NCBI GenBank assembly: GCA_001804285.1 | Contig: MHFR01000068.1 | Span: 34,383-98,382 of the forward strand | From: Candidatus Danuiimicrobium aquiferis | Lineage (GTDB): Bacteria; Omnitrophota; Omnitrophia; Omnitrophales; Danuiimicrobiaceae | DNA: 64,000 nt | Direction of reading: 5' to 3' | Shown here: positions 27,842 to 37,514 of the stretch, piece after piece | Numbering within the stretch: the stretch's first letter is position 1 | How the letters are laid out: each line of letters opens with the position of its first letter | The notes under the pieces: model-generated | Database searches by the model: none | Seen by the model: only the letters and a program-made list of their open reading frames with translations | Told to the model about the DNA's origin: nothing | Position numbers and translations under genes: made by a program

Positions 27842-28311
27842 TAATGAGGAATTGGGAATCGCTTTTAGGTACTCTTATTTATATTCTCGCCGCACTCATT
27901 GCGGCGCTTGCTGTGGTACAGCTTGTTGTGACGCCATTCAGGTTAGGCAGCCAAAAGTCAAGCGGCCATGCGTTAAGTTCGATTGATTCATTCCGGATGA
28001 CGAAATTGAAACCGTTGGAAGCATATAAGAGTGATTTTGCGAGCCATGCTCTTTTTTCAAAACTCAGAGTTGCCGTTGTTCCGAAAGGTCCGACGATAGA
28101 TGATTTACTCAAGCAATATTCGATTAACGGAATTATTCAAGGAGCGGTTCCGGATGTTTTGATTATGAATAATAGAACAAGACAAACGCAGATTTTGAGC
28201 GCCGGGCAAAGTTTCGATCAATTTAAAATCATACAAATTAAACAGCATTCCATCATGGTTGAATATCAAGGGCAACAAAAAGAACTATTTATTGCGGAGG
28301 GGCAACAATGA
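27838..28311 (+). CDS. Membrane-anchored protein, possibly a PilP/GspC-like secretin-associated component
   Basis: N-terminal TM helix LIYILAALIAALAVVQLVV. It lies immediately upstream of, and overlaps, the secretin gene. No strong motif was found. Confidence 0.4.
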   Translation: MIMRNWESLLGTLIYILAALIAALAVVQLVVTPFRLGSQKSSGHALSSIDSFRMTKLKPLEAYKSDFASHALFSKLRVAVVPKGPTIDDLLKQYSINGIIQGAVPDVLIMNNRTRQTQILSAGQSFDQFKIIQIKQHSIMVEYQGQQKELFIAEGQQ

Positions 28312-30548
28312 AAACGGTAACGGAAAAAATAACTGCAATGCTGATTGCTTTCGTATTGATTTGGATGGCGCCGGTTCCTCTCTACGCACAGGGATTTGAT
28401 CCGCCGCAACAGAACTCGAACAGTGATCAATCCGGTAGTAATGCGGATCCCACAACTCAATTTGGTAGTAATGTGGATCCCACAGCGTTGCAGATGGATG
28501 TTTCCATACCGGATGCAACCGGAATGGGTCAACTGCCGGTGATGAATATGGAGCCCGGTTCGGACAGCCAGCGGATTACACTGGAACTCAAAGGAGTGGA
28601 TGTCCTGGATGTCCTTAAAATCCTTTCAAGCCGGTCCGGTCTTAATATTGTTGCCGGGAAGAATGTGCGGGGGCAGGTAACCATTTATCTGAAAGATGTT
28701 TTGATTCAGGAAGCCCTTGATACGATCGTTGCCGCCCTTGGCCTTGCCTATGAGGAGGAACAGGGAATTATCAAGGTCATGACGGATAAGGAATATGAAG
28801 CTATGTACGGCCGGATTTTCCGTGACCGTCGCGTGACAAAGACATTTAAGATTAAATATGCCGAACCGACGACGATTCAACAGGTGCTTCAGCAGCTCAA
28901 AGGGCCGCAGGGGAAAATTATTCTGGATGAACGGACGAATACATTAATTATACAGGACCTTCCTGAAATTATTGATGAAATTGAAAACGCGATTTCCGAG
29001 TTAGATCAGAAATTAGTGACAAAAGTATACAAACTGCAATATGCGCCGGTTGAGGATTTGGAAGAAAAGCTTTCGACTTTTTTAACGCCGGAAACGGGTG
29101 TCATTAAAATTGATCCGCGCACGAATATGGTGACGGTGACAGATCGCGAGGAAAAGATCCAGATGATCGATGAAATCGTAAAAGCGTTTGATAAAAGACC
29201 CAAGCAGGTATTAATCGAAGCACAAATAATCGAAGTTCAGCTTTACGATGCGTACAGATTTGGAATCGATTGGGATTATGTGAGAAGCCAAATGGGACAG
29301 CTGAAGGATGTTAACATCCAGCCAGGGTATGGAGTTCCTGTTGTTCCGGGATCTACTGGAGGTGGAGGGACACTGACGTCAATTACTGTTGGAGAAACTG
29401 GGATGGCCGGGCTCAGTAATATGGTAATTCGTATTTTGCAGAACGTCGGCAAAACAAATACATTGGCATCTCCGCGTTTGTCCGTTCTCAATAATGAAGA
29501 AGCAAAATTGGCTGTAACGACGAAGGAACCATATATCGTGTCGGACACGACGTATGCGACTTCCGGGTCATCTTCAGTGCCTTATGTAGCAGAAAAACCG
29601 GAATTTGTGGATGTCGGAGTAGCGCTATCGGTTGTCCCGACCATTTCTGATGATAATACGATTATTTTGAAGATTAAACCTGAAGTGAGCAATACGAATG
29701 CTCCCGACTTTGAATACGATACAGCGGCAGGTACTGTGGATACGGCCATATCAAGATCTATTCCGGTTGTAGCTTCTCAAACACTTGAAACAACGGTTAT
29801 CGTTAAATCCGGTGAAACTATTATTCTTGGTGGATTGATTAATGATTCAGAATCTAAAACAAGGGAGAAAGTGCCTGTTTTGGGTGATATTCCGGTTATC
29901 GGGGCTTTGTTTAGAAAAACATCAGATACATTTACGAAAGATGAATTAGTTATTTTTCTTACGCCGCATATTATTTCTGGAGATGCTAGTTCCAGTGAGC
30001 AGGCGAAGTATCTTGATAATAACGGTCGCTTAATCAATTTTGATAAAGCGGGAGGTTATGACTTTGGGTTGGCCCAAAAACATTCACAAGGGGCGGCAAG
30101 GATTGATAACCGGCCGTATTGGAAAATCGATAAGCCAAAATGGCCGCAATATGCAATTCCACCGGATGTTTATACGCGATCAAAACCGTATGCGGATCGT
30201 ATGAATGAATTTGAAGGAGGAAAGGAAGGGAAAGTTATTCCGCCGAAGGAGACACTCATCGATGAATACCAGCAGCAAGTCGGGGCGCAGGTGTCTGCGA
30301 GTCTGGAAGCTGTTGAGGAAATTCAAAGTTTGGAAGGCAATATGGATTTGGCTTTGACCATCCGGAGAGACGGCGTGCTTGAAGAGGTTTCCTTTATCGA
30401 TGTCGGGCCGGTCAAAAAACGGGACGTGCGATACAAGATTTTGGATGCGATTAAAGGAGCCGGACAATTTCCGGCATTTCCGAAGGGGTTGGATTCGGCG
30501 AAAGAAACTTTGGATTTGAGGTTTGAGTTGGAGAGTGAAAAGATATAA
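28308..30548 (+). CDS. Secretin (GspD/PilQ family) with a ~190-aa C-terminal extension resembling a TonB_C domain
   Basis: Secretin N-domains (LELKGVDVLDVLKILSSRSGLNIVAG...) and the C-terminal secretin core VPVLGDIPVIGALFRKTSDTFTKDELVIFLTPHII. The extension ...LTIRRDGVLEEVSFIDVGPV...ILDAIKGAGQFPAFPKG...LDLRFELE has the TonB_C-like pattern. Confidence 0.8.
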   Translation: MKTVTEKITAMLIAFVLIWMAPVPLYAQGFDPPQQNSNSDQSGSNADPTTQFGSNVDPTALQMDVSIPDATGMGQLPVMNMEPGSDSQRITLELKGVDVLDVLKILSSRSGLNIVAGKNVRGQVTIYLKDVLIQEALDTIVAALGLAYEEEQGIIKVMTDKEYEAMYGRIFRDRRVTKTFKIKYAEPTTIQQVLQQLKGPQGKIILDERTNTLIIQDLPEIIDEIENAISELDQKLVTKVYKLQYAPVEDLEEKLSTFLTPETGVIKIDPRTNMVTVTDREEKIQMIDEIVKAFDKRPKQVLIEAQIIEVQLYDAYRFGIDWDYVRSQMGQLKDVNIQPGYGVPVVPGSTGGGGTLTSITVGETGMAGLSNMVIRILQNVGKTNTLASPRLSVLNNEEAKLAVTTKEPYIVSDTTYATSGSSSVPYVAEKPEFVDVGVALSVVPTISDDNTIILKIKPEVSNTNAPDFEYDTAAGTVDTAISRSIPVVASQTLETTVIVKSGETIILGGLINDSESKTREKVPVLGDIPVIGALFRKTSDTFTKDELVIFLTPHIISGDASSSEQAKYLDNNGRLINFDKAGGYDFGLAQKHSQGAARIDNRPYWKIDKPKWPQYAIPPDVYTRSKPYADRMNEFEGGKEGKVIPPKETLIDEYQQQVGAQVSASLEAVEEIQSLEGNMDLALTIRRDGVLEEVSFIDVGPVKKRDVRYKILDAIKGAGQFPAFPKGLDSAKETLDLRFELESEKI

Positions 30549-30603
30549 GGCGTATCTATTTAGCGTTTTGAAGTAATTATTTGTAAAAGGTTTTCAACTT
30601 TTT

Positions 30604-30801
30604 TGTCATTCCCGCGAAAGCGGGAATCCAGACGCCGCTTTGGGCTCCCCGGACTTGTCCGGGGGGGAATGGCGCCCGAAGGGCGAGCCGAGCAGGGAAA
30701 GAGAAAATTCCCAGCGAGGCCAGATGTTGAAAGGTGCCCCGGGCTTGCCCGGGGGGAAACCACAAGCCATGGATGCCCGCTTAAAACATGCGAGCATGAC
30801 A
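30604..30801 (+). repeat. Long (~200 bp) member of the MITE-like repeat family with extra GC-rich internal hairpins
   Basis: tgtcattcccgcgaaagcgggaatcc...ccccggacttgtccggggggg...ccccgggcttgcccgggggg...cccgcttaaaacatgcgagcatgaca. Confidence 0.65.
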
Positions 30802-30849
30802 CAAGTTGACGTATTTGCTACTTCAAAGCGCTAAAAAGATACGTGTAAG

Positions 30850-32052
30850 GTGTCAGGCATAAGGATCAATATGGAGATTAAAAATAAAAGCATTATTTCA
30901 CCGGCTAAAATTAAAATCATTAAGAAGCCGGCGATGCGGAATATCGAGTCAACGGAAACTCCGGATGCTGAAAAAAAACAACCGCGGGCCCGGTTCCAAT
31001 TTTCGTTTGCTCAAAAATCGGTTTCTGCTCAAACGATTTCTGATTTTTTTGATCAACTTTCCACATTGCTGGCATCCGGCATTTCTTTGCTCCGCGCGCT
31101 TGAATTTACACGCGGCGGAATCCGGAACGCGAAATTAAATGAAGCGATCGGCCACTTGATCGAAAAAATCAGTTCGGGTTCACAGCTTTCGGAGTCGCTC
31201 GCGGATTATCCGGAAATTTTTGACCGCGTGGTACTCGGAATGATCAAAGCCGCGGAAGCAAGCGGACGTTTGGAACAGTTGTGCGCCGAGCTTTCTAAGT
31301 CGTTTGCGGCAAGGGCGGAAATGAAGAACCGGATTATCCAGGCCCTTTCGTATCCCTTTCTGGTGGCCTCGGTCGGTGTGATCACTGTGTGTGTGTTGCT
31401 GGTTTTTGTGGTTCCGAAATTAACTACCGTTTTTGATTTATGGGAAACGAAACTTCCGCTCGTGACACGAATCCTTTTGGGAACGGCGAGTTTTATGAGC
31501 CACGGCGGAATTCTGGTTCCCGTTGCTTTGGGTGTGATCGGTTTTATTGTATATAACATGTTATCTCACGAAAGAAAGAAGCAAGTGATGCATGAAACCG
31601 TCGGCCATATGCCCTATATCAACCGGATTATATTTCTGACAGATTTTGTCCGCTTAACCCGGACATGGGGGATGTTGATCCGGAGCGGGGTTCCCTTGAT
31701 AGAGGCGATTCAATCGAGCAAGGAAGTTCTCTGGGATCCCAAAATGCGAAAGGATCTTGACGATGTTCGGGAAAAAACGATTCGTGGCACGTCGCTTCAA
31801 GAGTCGGTCAAGGAAGTGGCGTGGTTCCCGGAACTTGCGCATAATTTTCTTGCGGTCGGTGAAGAGACCAGCACGCTGGATGAATCATTCGAGAAAATCG
31901 CGAATTTTTATGAACGGGAACTGGATCGAAAAGTGAAAGTGATGGGGACGTATCTTGAGCCCATATTAATTTTGAGCATTGGATTGGTTGTCGGATTTTT
32001 GGTGATCGCATTGTTATTACCTATTTTTGAAATGAGCTTAGTTGTGAAATGA
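30850..32052 (+). CDS. Type II secretion / type IV pilus platform protein (GspF/PilC family)
   Basis: Two T2SF-type repeats (SGISLLRALEFT...; SGVPLIEAIQSS...) and three TM segments. An alternative start lies at 30871. Confidence 0.8.
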   Translation: MSGIRINMEIKNKSIISPAKIKIIKKPAMRNIESTETPDAEKKQPRARFQFSFAQKSVSAQTISDFFDQLSTLLASGISLLRALEFTRGGIRNAKLNEAIGHLIEKISSGSQLSESLADYPEIFDRVVLGMIKAAEASGRLEQLCAELSKSFAARAEMKNRIIQALSYPFLVASVGVITVCVLLVFVVPKLTTVFDLWETKLPLVTRILLGTASFMSHGGILVPVALGVIGFIVYNMLSHERKKQVMHETVGHMPYINRIIFLTDFVRLTRTWGMLIRSGVPLIEAIQSSKEVLWDPKMRKDLDDVREKTIRGTSLQESVKEVAWFPELAHNFLAVGEETSTLDESFEKIANFYERELDRKVKVMGTYLEPILILSIGLVVGFLVIALLLPIFEMSLVVK

Positions 32053-32846
32053 GAAGGATGACCCCCATGATGCTTGCGCTGATTTTAACTTATGTTTTAC
32101 AAATTCCATTTAATGGAGCTGAAGTGGCCAAAGACTGGGCAAATCTGAAAGGAGACCATTTTGTCATTTATCACCAGGCGGCTAACAGTGCGTTTTCCCG
32201 GGAGACCTTGCGGCGCGCCGAACAGTATTACGACAAAATTGCGAAAGAATTGGGTTATTCAAGACGCGATAATTTTTGGCTTTGGGAAAACCGGTGCGCG
32301 ATTTATTTATTTGAAAGCAAAGAAGCGTTTTCCAAGGTGACTCAACAAGCGGTTTGGTCGAGCGGATTTGCGATTCCCGATAAACGGGCAATTATTTCTT
32401 ATGAGGGAGCTACCGATTTTTTGGAATCTATTTTGTCGCATGAACTTGCGCATTTAATTTTCCGTGATTTTGTCGGGCTTGGGAACCAGACGATCCCGCT
32501 TTGGATGGATGAAGGCGTTGCGATGTCTCAGGAAGAATCCCGGCGCCCGTTTTTTGATCATTTGGTCAAGCAGATGATTTCCCAGAACAAATGGGTAGCG
32601 ATTCCGGATCTGACGCAAATCCAGTCACTTCAGGGAATTACCGTTAATGAAGCGGCCGTGTTTTATGCGGAATCGCAAAGTTTAGCGCGATATCTTTTAG
32701 CGGCTGATCATCCCGAAAGGTTTATACAAATGTGCCGTGATTTGAGGGACGGGAAATCAATCGATCAATCATTGAGCAAAAACTACCCCAAAAAATTTCC
32801 GTCTGTTTCAGATCTCGAACAAAATTGGGTTGAAAACAGTGGCTAA
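32049..32846 (+). CDS. Secreted zinc metalloprotease (HExxH, peptidase-MA-like) inside the secretion cluster
   Basis: Signal peptide, then the LSHELAHLIF HExxH motif and a downstream WMDEG (third ligand Glu). Confidence 0.6.
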   Translation: MRRMTPMMLALILTYVLQIPFNGAEVAKDWANLKGDHFVIYHQAANSAFSRETLRRAEQYYDKIAKELGYSRRDNFWLWENRCAIYLFESKEAFSKVTQQAVWSSGFAIPDKRAIISYEGATDFLESILSHELAHLIFRDFVGLGNQTIPLWMDEGVAMSQEESRRPFFDHLVKQMISQNKWVAIPDLTQIQSLQGITVNEAAVFYAESQSLARYLLAADHPERFIQMCRDLRDGKSIDQSLSKNYPKKFPSVSDLEQNWVENSG

Positions 32847-33345
32847 GCTACGCGGTTTTACCTTAATTGAATTGCTGGTGGTTTTGGCTCTGGTGGTGAT
32901 TGTGACCGGGCTCGTTACGGTGCGGTTTGTCGGCAGTGTTCAGGAACGAAGTTTGGAGCAGTATGTGCGCGAGATGTCGGCGTATTTACGCTTTCTTCAA
33001 TTCAAAGCGATTGAAGATGGCAATGTCCTTAAAATATTTTTTAATGAAGAGACCAAAGAGGTTGAAAGCATGAAGCTCGAGAAAGAGAGCCAGAGGGAAG
33101 ACGGGAGGAAAAACAAGAAAAAGGAATTCGTTCCCATGAAGACACCGTTTTCTCAGAAGGCAAATGGGAATAAGGATTTTGGAATCCGGCTCAAAAGCGG
33201 AGATGAAATTTATTTTTTTCCTGACGGCAGCGTGACGAAAAATACCGTTATTATTTCCGATCAGGTTGATGAGCGCGCAACAATCGAAATTAAAAACCGG
33301 TTGGGTTTATTCAAAGTCAATTTCAATGAAAAAACGCCGTATTAG
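32830..33345 (+). CDS. Type IV pilin-like pseudopilin (prepilin N-terminus)
   Basis: KLRGFTLIELLVVLALVVIV is the class III signal peptide (G|FTLIE with Glu at +5). Confidence 0.75.
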   Translation: MKTVAKLRGFTLIELLVVLALVVIVTGLVTVRFVGSVQERSLEQYVREMSAYLRFLQFKAIEDGNVLKIFFNEETKEVESMKLEKESQREDGRKNKKKEFVPMKTPFSQKANGNKDFGIRLKSGDEIYFFPDGSVTKNTVIISDQVDERATIEIKNRLGLFKVNFNEKTPY

Positions 33346-33841
33346 AGGGGCTTTACTCTTTGAAACGTTTATAGCGCTGATGATCCTTTCAATAGGTATC
33401 GTGAGTGTTTTGCGGATTTTTGGAGAATCGCTATTTGTCGGGCGCCAAAACGAAGAACGAAGAGAACTGAAAACAGGGATCGATAAGGCATTGTTTGAGT
33501 GGTTTGCATACCCGCAGGGCGTTTCGCTCTCGGAAGAAGGGTATCTGATGATGCCCCTTGAAACCGAAAGGAAAGGTTCCGATTTGTATTTTGAGATAAA
33601 AGGAGAAAAGATGATTCCGATCGGGCAGGAGCCAAAAGACGAGCAGGCGGAAAACGGTGCGCAAACGCAGCCGGTGAGTCAATTCGGTATTACGCCAAAT
33701 TTAAACATGAATGAATATATCAAAGTCAAAGGCAATATCATGCGCGGCCGGCACACGCCTATTTACGATATGGATACAGTCATTTTAAAAATAAAGAAAC
33801 CGGAGAATATGCAGCAGCAAACGAACCGAGGTTTTTCGTGA
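33326..33841 (+). CDS. Minor pseudopilin (GspI-like)
   Basis: MKKRRIRGALLFETFIALMILSIGIV has the cleavage motif G|ALLFE (Glu at +5). It overlaps the upstream gene by 20 nt. Confidence 0.6.
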   Translation: MKKRRIRGALLFETFIALMILSIGIVSVLRIFGESLFVGRQNEERRELKTGIDKALFEWFAYPQGVSLSEEGYLMMPLETERKGSDLYFEIKGEKMIPIGQEPKDEQAENGAQTQPVSQFGITPNLNMNEYIKVKGNIMRGRHTPIYDMDTVILKIKKPENMQQQTNRGFS

Positions 33842-34485
33842 GCGATAAGAGAAATTTGACTGAAACTGCTTCCAATTATGCGGGTTTTACCTTGGTCGAA
33901 CTCTTGGTTGTTCTGGCCATTATTTCGGTGACATTGACCGTCCTTTACACGAGTTTTCGCACGGGGTTGCTCGCCTATCAAAAGATGGAAGAAAATTTGA
34001 TGGACCGGCGCGAAGCGGAAATTTTCATGATGCAATTCGAGCATGAATTAAAAAATGCAATCCCTTACTATAATAAAGATTCCGAGCAATTCTTTGTCGG
34101 AGATGAACGTGATTTAAAATTTCCCGCGAAACTTGTTCGCTATTCGCAGAAAGGAATGGAGGAAGGTCTGTTTATGGTTGAATATCAGGTCAGAGGTCAA
34201 TCGTTAGTCCGGAAAGAAAAAAAGATGGTCAAAAAATTTAAAGACCGTTCTTCATCGCGGGAAGTGAAAGAAACGTTGTTTAATAAATTAAAAAAATGCC
34301 GGTTTGAATATTTGTTTGTTGACGATTCGGATAAATTGTTTTGGGACAAGGAATGGACGAATAGTCCGTATCTGGGAGTTCCGAGAGGTGTTCGATTGAT
34401 CATGAGGGGGGATTCGTTCGGAATCCAAGAAAAAAGTTATGAAATTTTAATTCCACACGGGATTTTATTACAAAAAAATGCGTAA
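33838..34485 (+). CDS. Minor pseudopilin (GspJ/PilW-like)
   Basis: GTG start. AGFTLVELLVVLAIISV prepilin motif. Confidence 0.65.
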   Translation: MSDKRNLTETASNYAGFTLVELLVVLAIISVTLTVLYTSFRTGLLAYQKMEENLMDRREAEIFMMQFEHELKNAIPYYNKDSEQFFVGDERDLKFPAKLVRYSQKGMEEGLFMVEYQVRGQSLVRKEKKMVKKFKDRSSSREVKETLFNKLKKCRFEYLFVDDSDKLFWDKEWTNSPYLGVPRGVRLIMRGDSFGIQEKSYEILIPHGILLQKNA

Positions 34486-35593
34486 ATATCAATATCATCA
34501 AGGAAGTGTATTGATTTTATTTTTATGGGTGATGATCCTCTTGTCGCTTTTTGCGGTAAGTATTGCGCTCAGGACGCGCCTTGCTACCAAAATTGAAGGT
34601 TACGAAATGAACCAGTTTGAGTTAAGTTACGATTATTTGACAGCTGTTAATTTAGCACGGTATTTTATCGATTCGGATCAGGATTCTAATGTTGATCATC
34701 CGGGAGACGTTTGGTGCGGCGCACCGCGCGGGTTCAAGGAAATGGAGTTTTCGAAACGGTTTGGGCTGGAAATTACCGACGAAGAAAGCAAAATTAATAT
34801 CAATATTGCCTCGGAACCGTTTTTAATTAATTTCTTTGATTTACTCAAAACGAAAAAATATTCGCTTAAAACAAATTCTAAAAAAATAGCTGGAAGTATC
34901 ATTGCGTGGCGGGGTGGTTCTGTTGCGCAAGGGCCTTCTACTCTGGGGACAAAGCAAAAAATGGGGCCGTTTGAGAGTCTTGATGAGCTTTTATTGATTC
35001 AATCGATTGATTCCGAAGATGCTGAAAAATTAAAGCCTTTTCTGACGGTTTATGGAATGGCCTATGGCGCAATGAAAGTCAATCTCAATACCGTTCATCG
35101 GTATGTTTTAGAAGCTTTGATTTCATCCCTGAGCGGAGATGCCTCCGATAAAAAGAGGCTCTTTGAAAGTATTGAGGAGTATCGGACATTAACCGCGAAT
35201 TCGCAAAACACGGCGGCTCAAGATGAAAATGCCACAGAAAATTCGACTTCAAATATAAAACAATTTTTTAACCGGGACGATATGGCAAATATAGCTCAAT
35301 TTATGGTGAAGGTAGGGTTGCCGGTTCAGCTGCAGGGGCCCTATGGCCAGATGGGAAGTGTGCCGAATTTAATCCGGCAGCTTTTTTACTATGTGAAAGT
35401 GAACTCTGATTATTTTCATGTCGAAGTCCGTTCAAGACTTCCGGGAAAAGAGTCGTTTGTATTAGAAACTGTTTTGGGGGCCAGAGTGATTCCGAGATTT
35501 CGCGTGACTCCGATAGGTGTTTCGTTTGGCCAGACAGGAAAGATGGTTGCGATTCCTCTTGAAATTCTTTCATGGCAAGAAAGGGTGTTCTGA
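34478..35593 (+). CDS. GspK-like minor pseudopilin (type II secretion system protein K family)
   Basis: N-terminal GSVLILFLWVMILLSL hydrophobic segment, ~370 aa, and the KININIASE..L motif typical of GspK. Confidence 0.6.
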   Translation: MRKYQYHQGSVLILFLWVMILLSLFAVSIALRTRLATKIEGYEMNQFELSYDYLTAVNLARYFIDSDQDSNVDHPGDVWCGAPRGFKEMEFSKRFGLEITDEESKININIASEPFLINFFDLLKTKKYSLKTNSKKIAGSIIAWRGGSVAQGPSTLGTKQKMGPFESLDELLLIQSIDSEDAEKLKPFLTVYGMAYGAMKVNLNTVHRYVLEALISSLSGDASDKKRLFESIEEYRTLTANSQNTAAQDENATENSTSNIKQFFNRDDMANIAQFMVKVGLPVQLQGPYGQMGSVPNLIRQLFYYVKVNSDYFHVEVRSRLPGKESFVLETVLGARVIPRFRVTPIGVSFGQTGKMVAIPLEILSWQERVF

Positions 35594-36999
35594 TGTTGAT
35601 AGGGAAAAAAGGTTCAATCTTCGGTATCAGCTATTTTCATGGCGATGAGCTTCATGTTGTGTTCATTGACCATGCCCATGGGCAGACCCGGGTGATCGGA
35701 AAGGAAACTATTTCCGTGCGGAGCAGTGAGAATCTTTCCGCCGCCGATCATACCCTGGTTGAATTCAGAAAACGGATTTTGTCTTATCGGGCGCGGATAC
35801 AGTCATGGGTGCATCTTGTGTTTAGAAATGTTTCGATCGTCAAAGTTTTTCCGGTGCCGCAAGTCCCTGAGACGGAATTGGATCAAGCGATTACCAACAG
35901 GGTCCATGCCGAAATTCCGTATCTTTCCGAAGAAGTAATTTTGCATCAGGTGCTTCAGGAAGCGCAACAAGGAAAAGAATCACAGGTGCTTCTGTTCGGG
36001 GTTTCTAAAGGCGTTCTGGGAGAACAATTAAAAAGGCTTGAAGCGTTTGGAGTTATTCCCGATCGAGTGGTCCTTTCAACAGAAGCTCTGGGGTGGTTAT
36101 ATCGCACCAAAGTTTTTCCGGAAGAAAATCCGAAAGATCTGGTATTAATGGTTTATTTTTTTAATGGACATGTCGAATTGCTCTTTTTTGAAGATCATGT
36201 GTTACTTCAGAGCAGGTGGCTGTCGCAAGAAGCTAATCAGGGCGTTGGCATGCAAGAATCTATCCGAGCGACCATCGCGGCCTTTCAGCGGGAGTGGCAC
36301 CGGAAACCGGAACAAATCTATGTGGCCGGATTGAGTTCATCAAATGCCGAGGCGATGAGCAGTGACCCGTCCTATTCTGTTAAAGTGATGATGGAAGATT
36401 CAAATCAAGAGGGGCATCCTCCGGCGCTTTTTAATGCGGTGATAGAATCTATTTCGTCGGATGAAATTTTTGATTATACGCTCTCTTCCTATAAAGAAGT
36501 TCGTGATCAGAAAAGTCGTGTTGTTGGGCGGTCAAAGATAGCTTCTTCTGTTTTTTGTCTAACGGCGGCTCTTCTATTATTGGCACTTGTTCAGGTTGGG
36601 ATTGTGTTCGGGCAAATCAGCTGGTTCCAATTTCGAACCGGAACATTCTCAGCTGACGTTAAAGAAATTAAAAAAATGCATCAGGAAGCAGTCGCGATCG
36701 TGGATTTTTATGAAAAAAAAGCACTTCCGATCGAGACGGTCGCTTCACTCCGCGAAGCGATTTCAACGGAGATGCTCTTGCGTGAAGTCGAGTATGACTT
36801 TGACAAGCGGACGATTTCGGTTCGGGGGATTGCGCCCGATCAGGCTTTGGTTGATCAATTTATTGCCAAATTGGAACAGGGTGGTTTTTATGAAAAGCTG
36901 AAATTAGAACGTATTCAGGCGGAGCAAAGTGATCAGGCGAAAACGGTTTTTGATTTTTCTTTTGAAGGGCATATAAAGGTAACCAGTGAATCAAATTAA
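35593..36999 (+). CDS. GspL-like assembly protein (cytoplasmic PilM/actin-like domain, TM, periplasmic PilN-like domain)
   Basis: ~470 aa. N-terminal domain, a single TM at ~aa 315-340 (IASSVFCLTAALLLLALVQVGIVF), and a periplasmic coiled region. TGATG start overlap with the upstream gene. Confidence 0.55.
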   Translation: MLIGKKGSIFGISYFHGDELHVVFIDHAHGQTRVIGKETISVRSSENLSAADHTLVEFRKRILSYRARIQSWVHLVFRNVSIVKVFPVPQVPETELDQAITNRVHAEIPYLSEEVILHQVLQEAQQGKESQVLLFGVSKGVLGEQLKRLEAFGVIPDRVVLSTEALGWLYRTKVFPEENPKDLVLMVYFFNGHVELLFFEDHVLLQSRWLSQEANQGVGMQESIRATIAAFQREWHRKPEQIYVAGLSSSNAEAMSSDPSYSVKVMMEDSNQEGHPPALFNAVIESISSDEIFDYTLSSYKEVRDQKSRVVGRSKIASSVFCLTAALLLLALVQVGIVFGQISWFQFRTGTFSADVKEIKKMHQEAVAIVDFYEKKALPIETVASLREAISTEMLLREVEYDFDKRTISVRGIAPDQALVDQFIAKLEQGGFYEKLKLERIQAEQSDQAKTVFDFSFEGHIKVTSESN

Positions 37000-37492
37000 A
37001 ATCTTTTTTTCGAATCAAAAAAACTTATGGATAAGCGCAGGCGTATGCCTCGCGCTCGCTATGCTGTTGATCTATTGCCGGGATGGACTATCGAAAATAT
37101 TGCGAGATAAAGAGAAAGAATATCAAACGGATGTTGCGTTATCGAAAGAAAGTAAAATGCGCCGGCAAATTTATGAAACGGTTTTGAATACCGCAAAACT
37201 TCCCGAGAGGAAGCAGGTCAGTTCAAATACGTGGGTCCAAGAAACGCAGGTACTTGTAACCGGTCAGAAATTATCGCTTCAAGAGTTGAAGCCGGATGAG
37301 CGAGGATCCGGTAAGGGCGAAAGTAAACCGAGCCTGTATTTGGTGGTTGAAGGGAATATGGCGGATCTTTTAAGCTTTTTTTATCGGATATCCGAAAATC
37401 AGAATTTTGTTTATGTTAAGAATTTTATGGTGACGCGGCCCAGCGATAATTCTGATGGGGTGAGTGCGGAAGTTACCCTTTCCCAAATGTAA
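36986..37492 (+). CDS. GspM/PilO-like inner-membrane assembly protein
   Basis: 168 aa with an N-terminal TM (LWISAGVCLALAMLLIY). It sits between the GspL-like and GspE genes. Confidence 0.5.
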   Translation: MNQIKIFFSNQKNLWISAGVCLALAMLLIYCRDGLSKILRDKEKEYQTDVALSKESKMRRQIYETVLNTAKLPERKQVSSNTWVQETQVLVTGQKLSLQELKPDERGSGKGESKPSLYLVVEGNMADLLSFFYRISENQNFVYVKNFMVTRPSDNSDGVSAEVTLSQM

Positions 37493-37514
37493 AAACGATG
37501 AAAGGTGCATTTGC

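Noticed and set aside
30560-30834. Five overlapping small ORFs (60-80 aa) on both strands between the secretin and GspF genes
   Set aside because: All lie within the 200-bp GC-rich repeat element. The translations are Pro/Gly/Arg-rich repeat-derived peptides, not genes.
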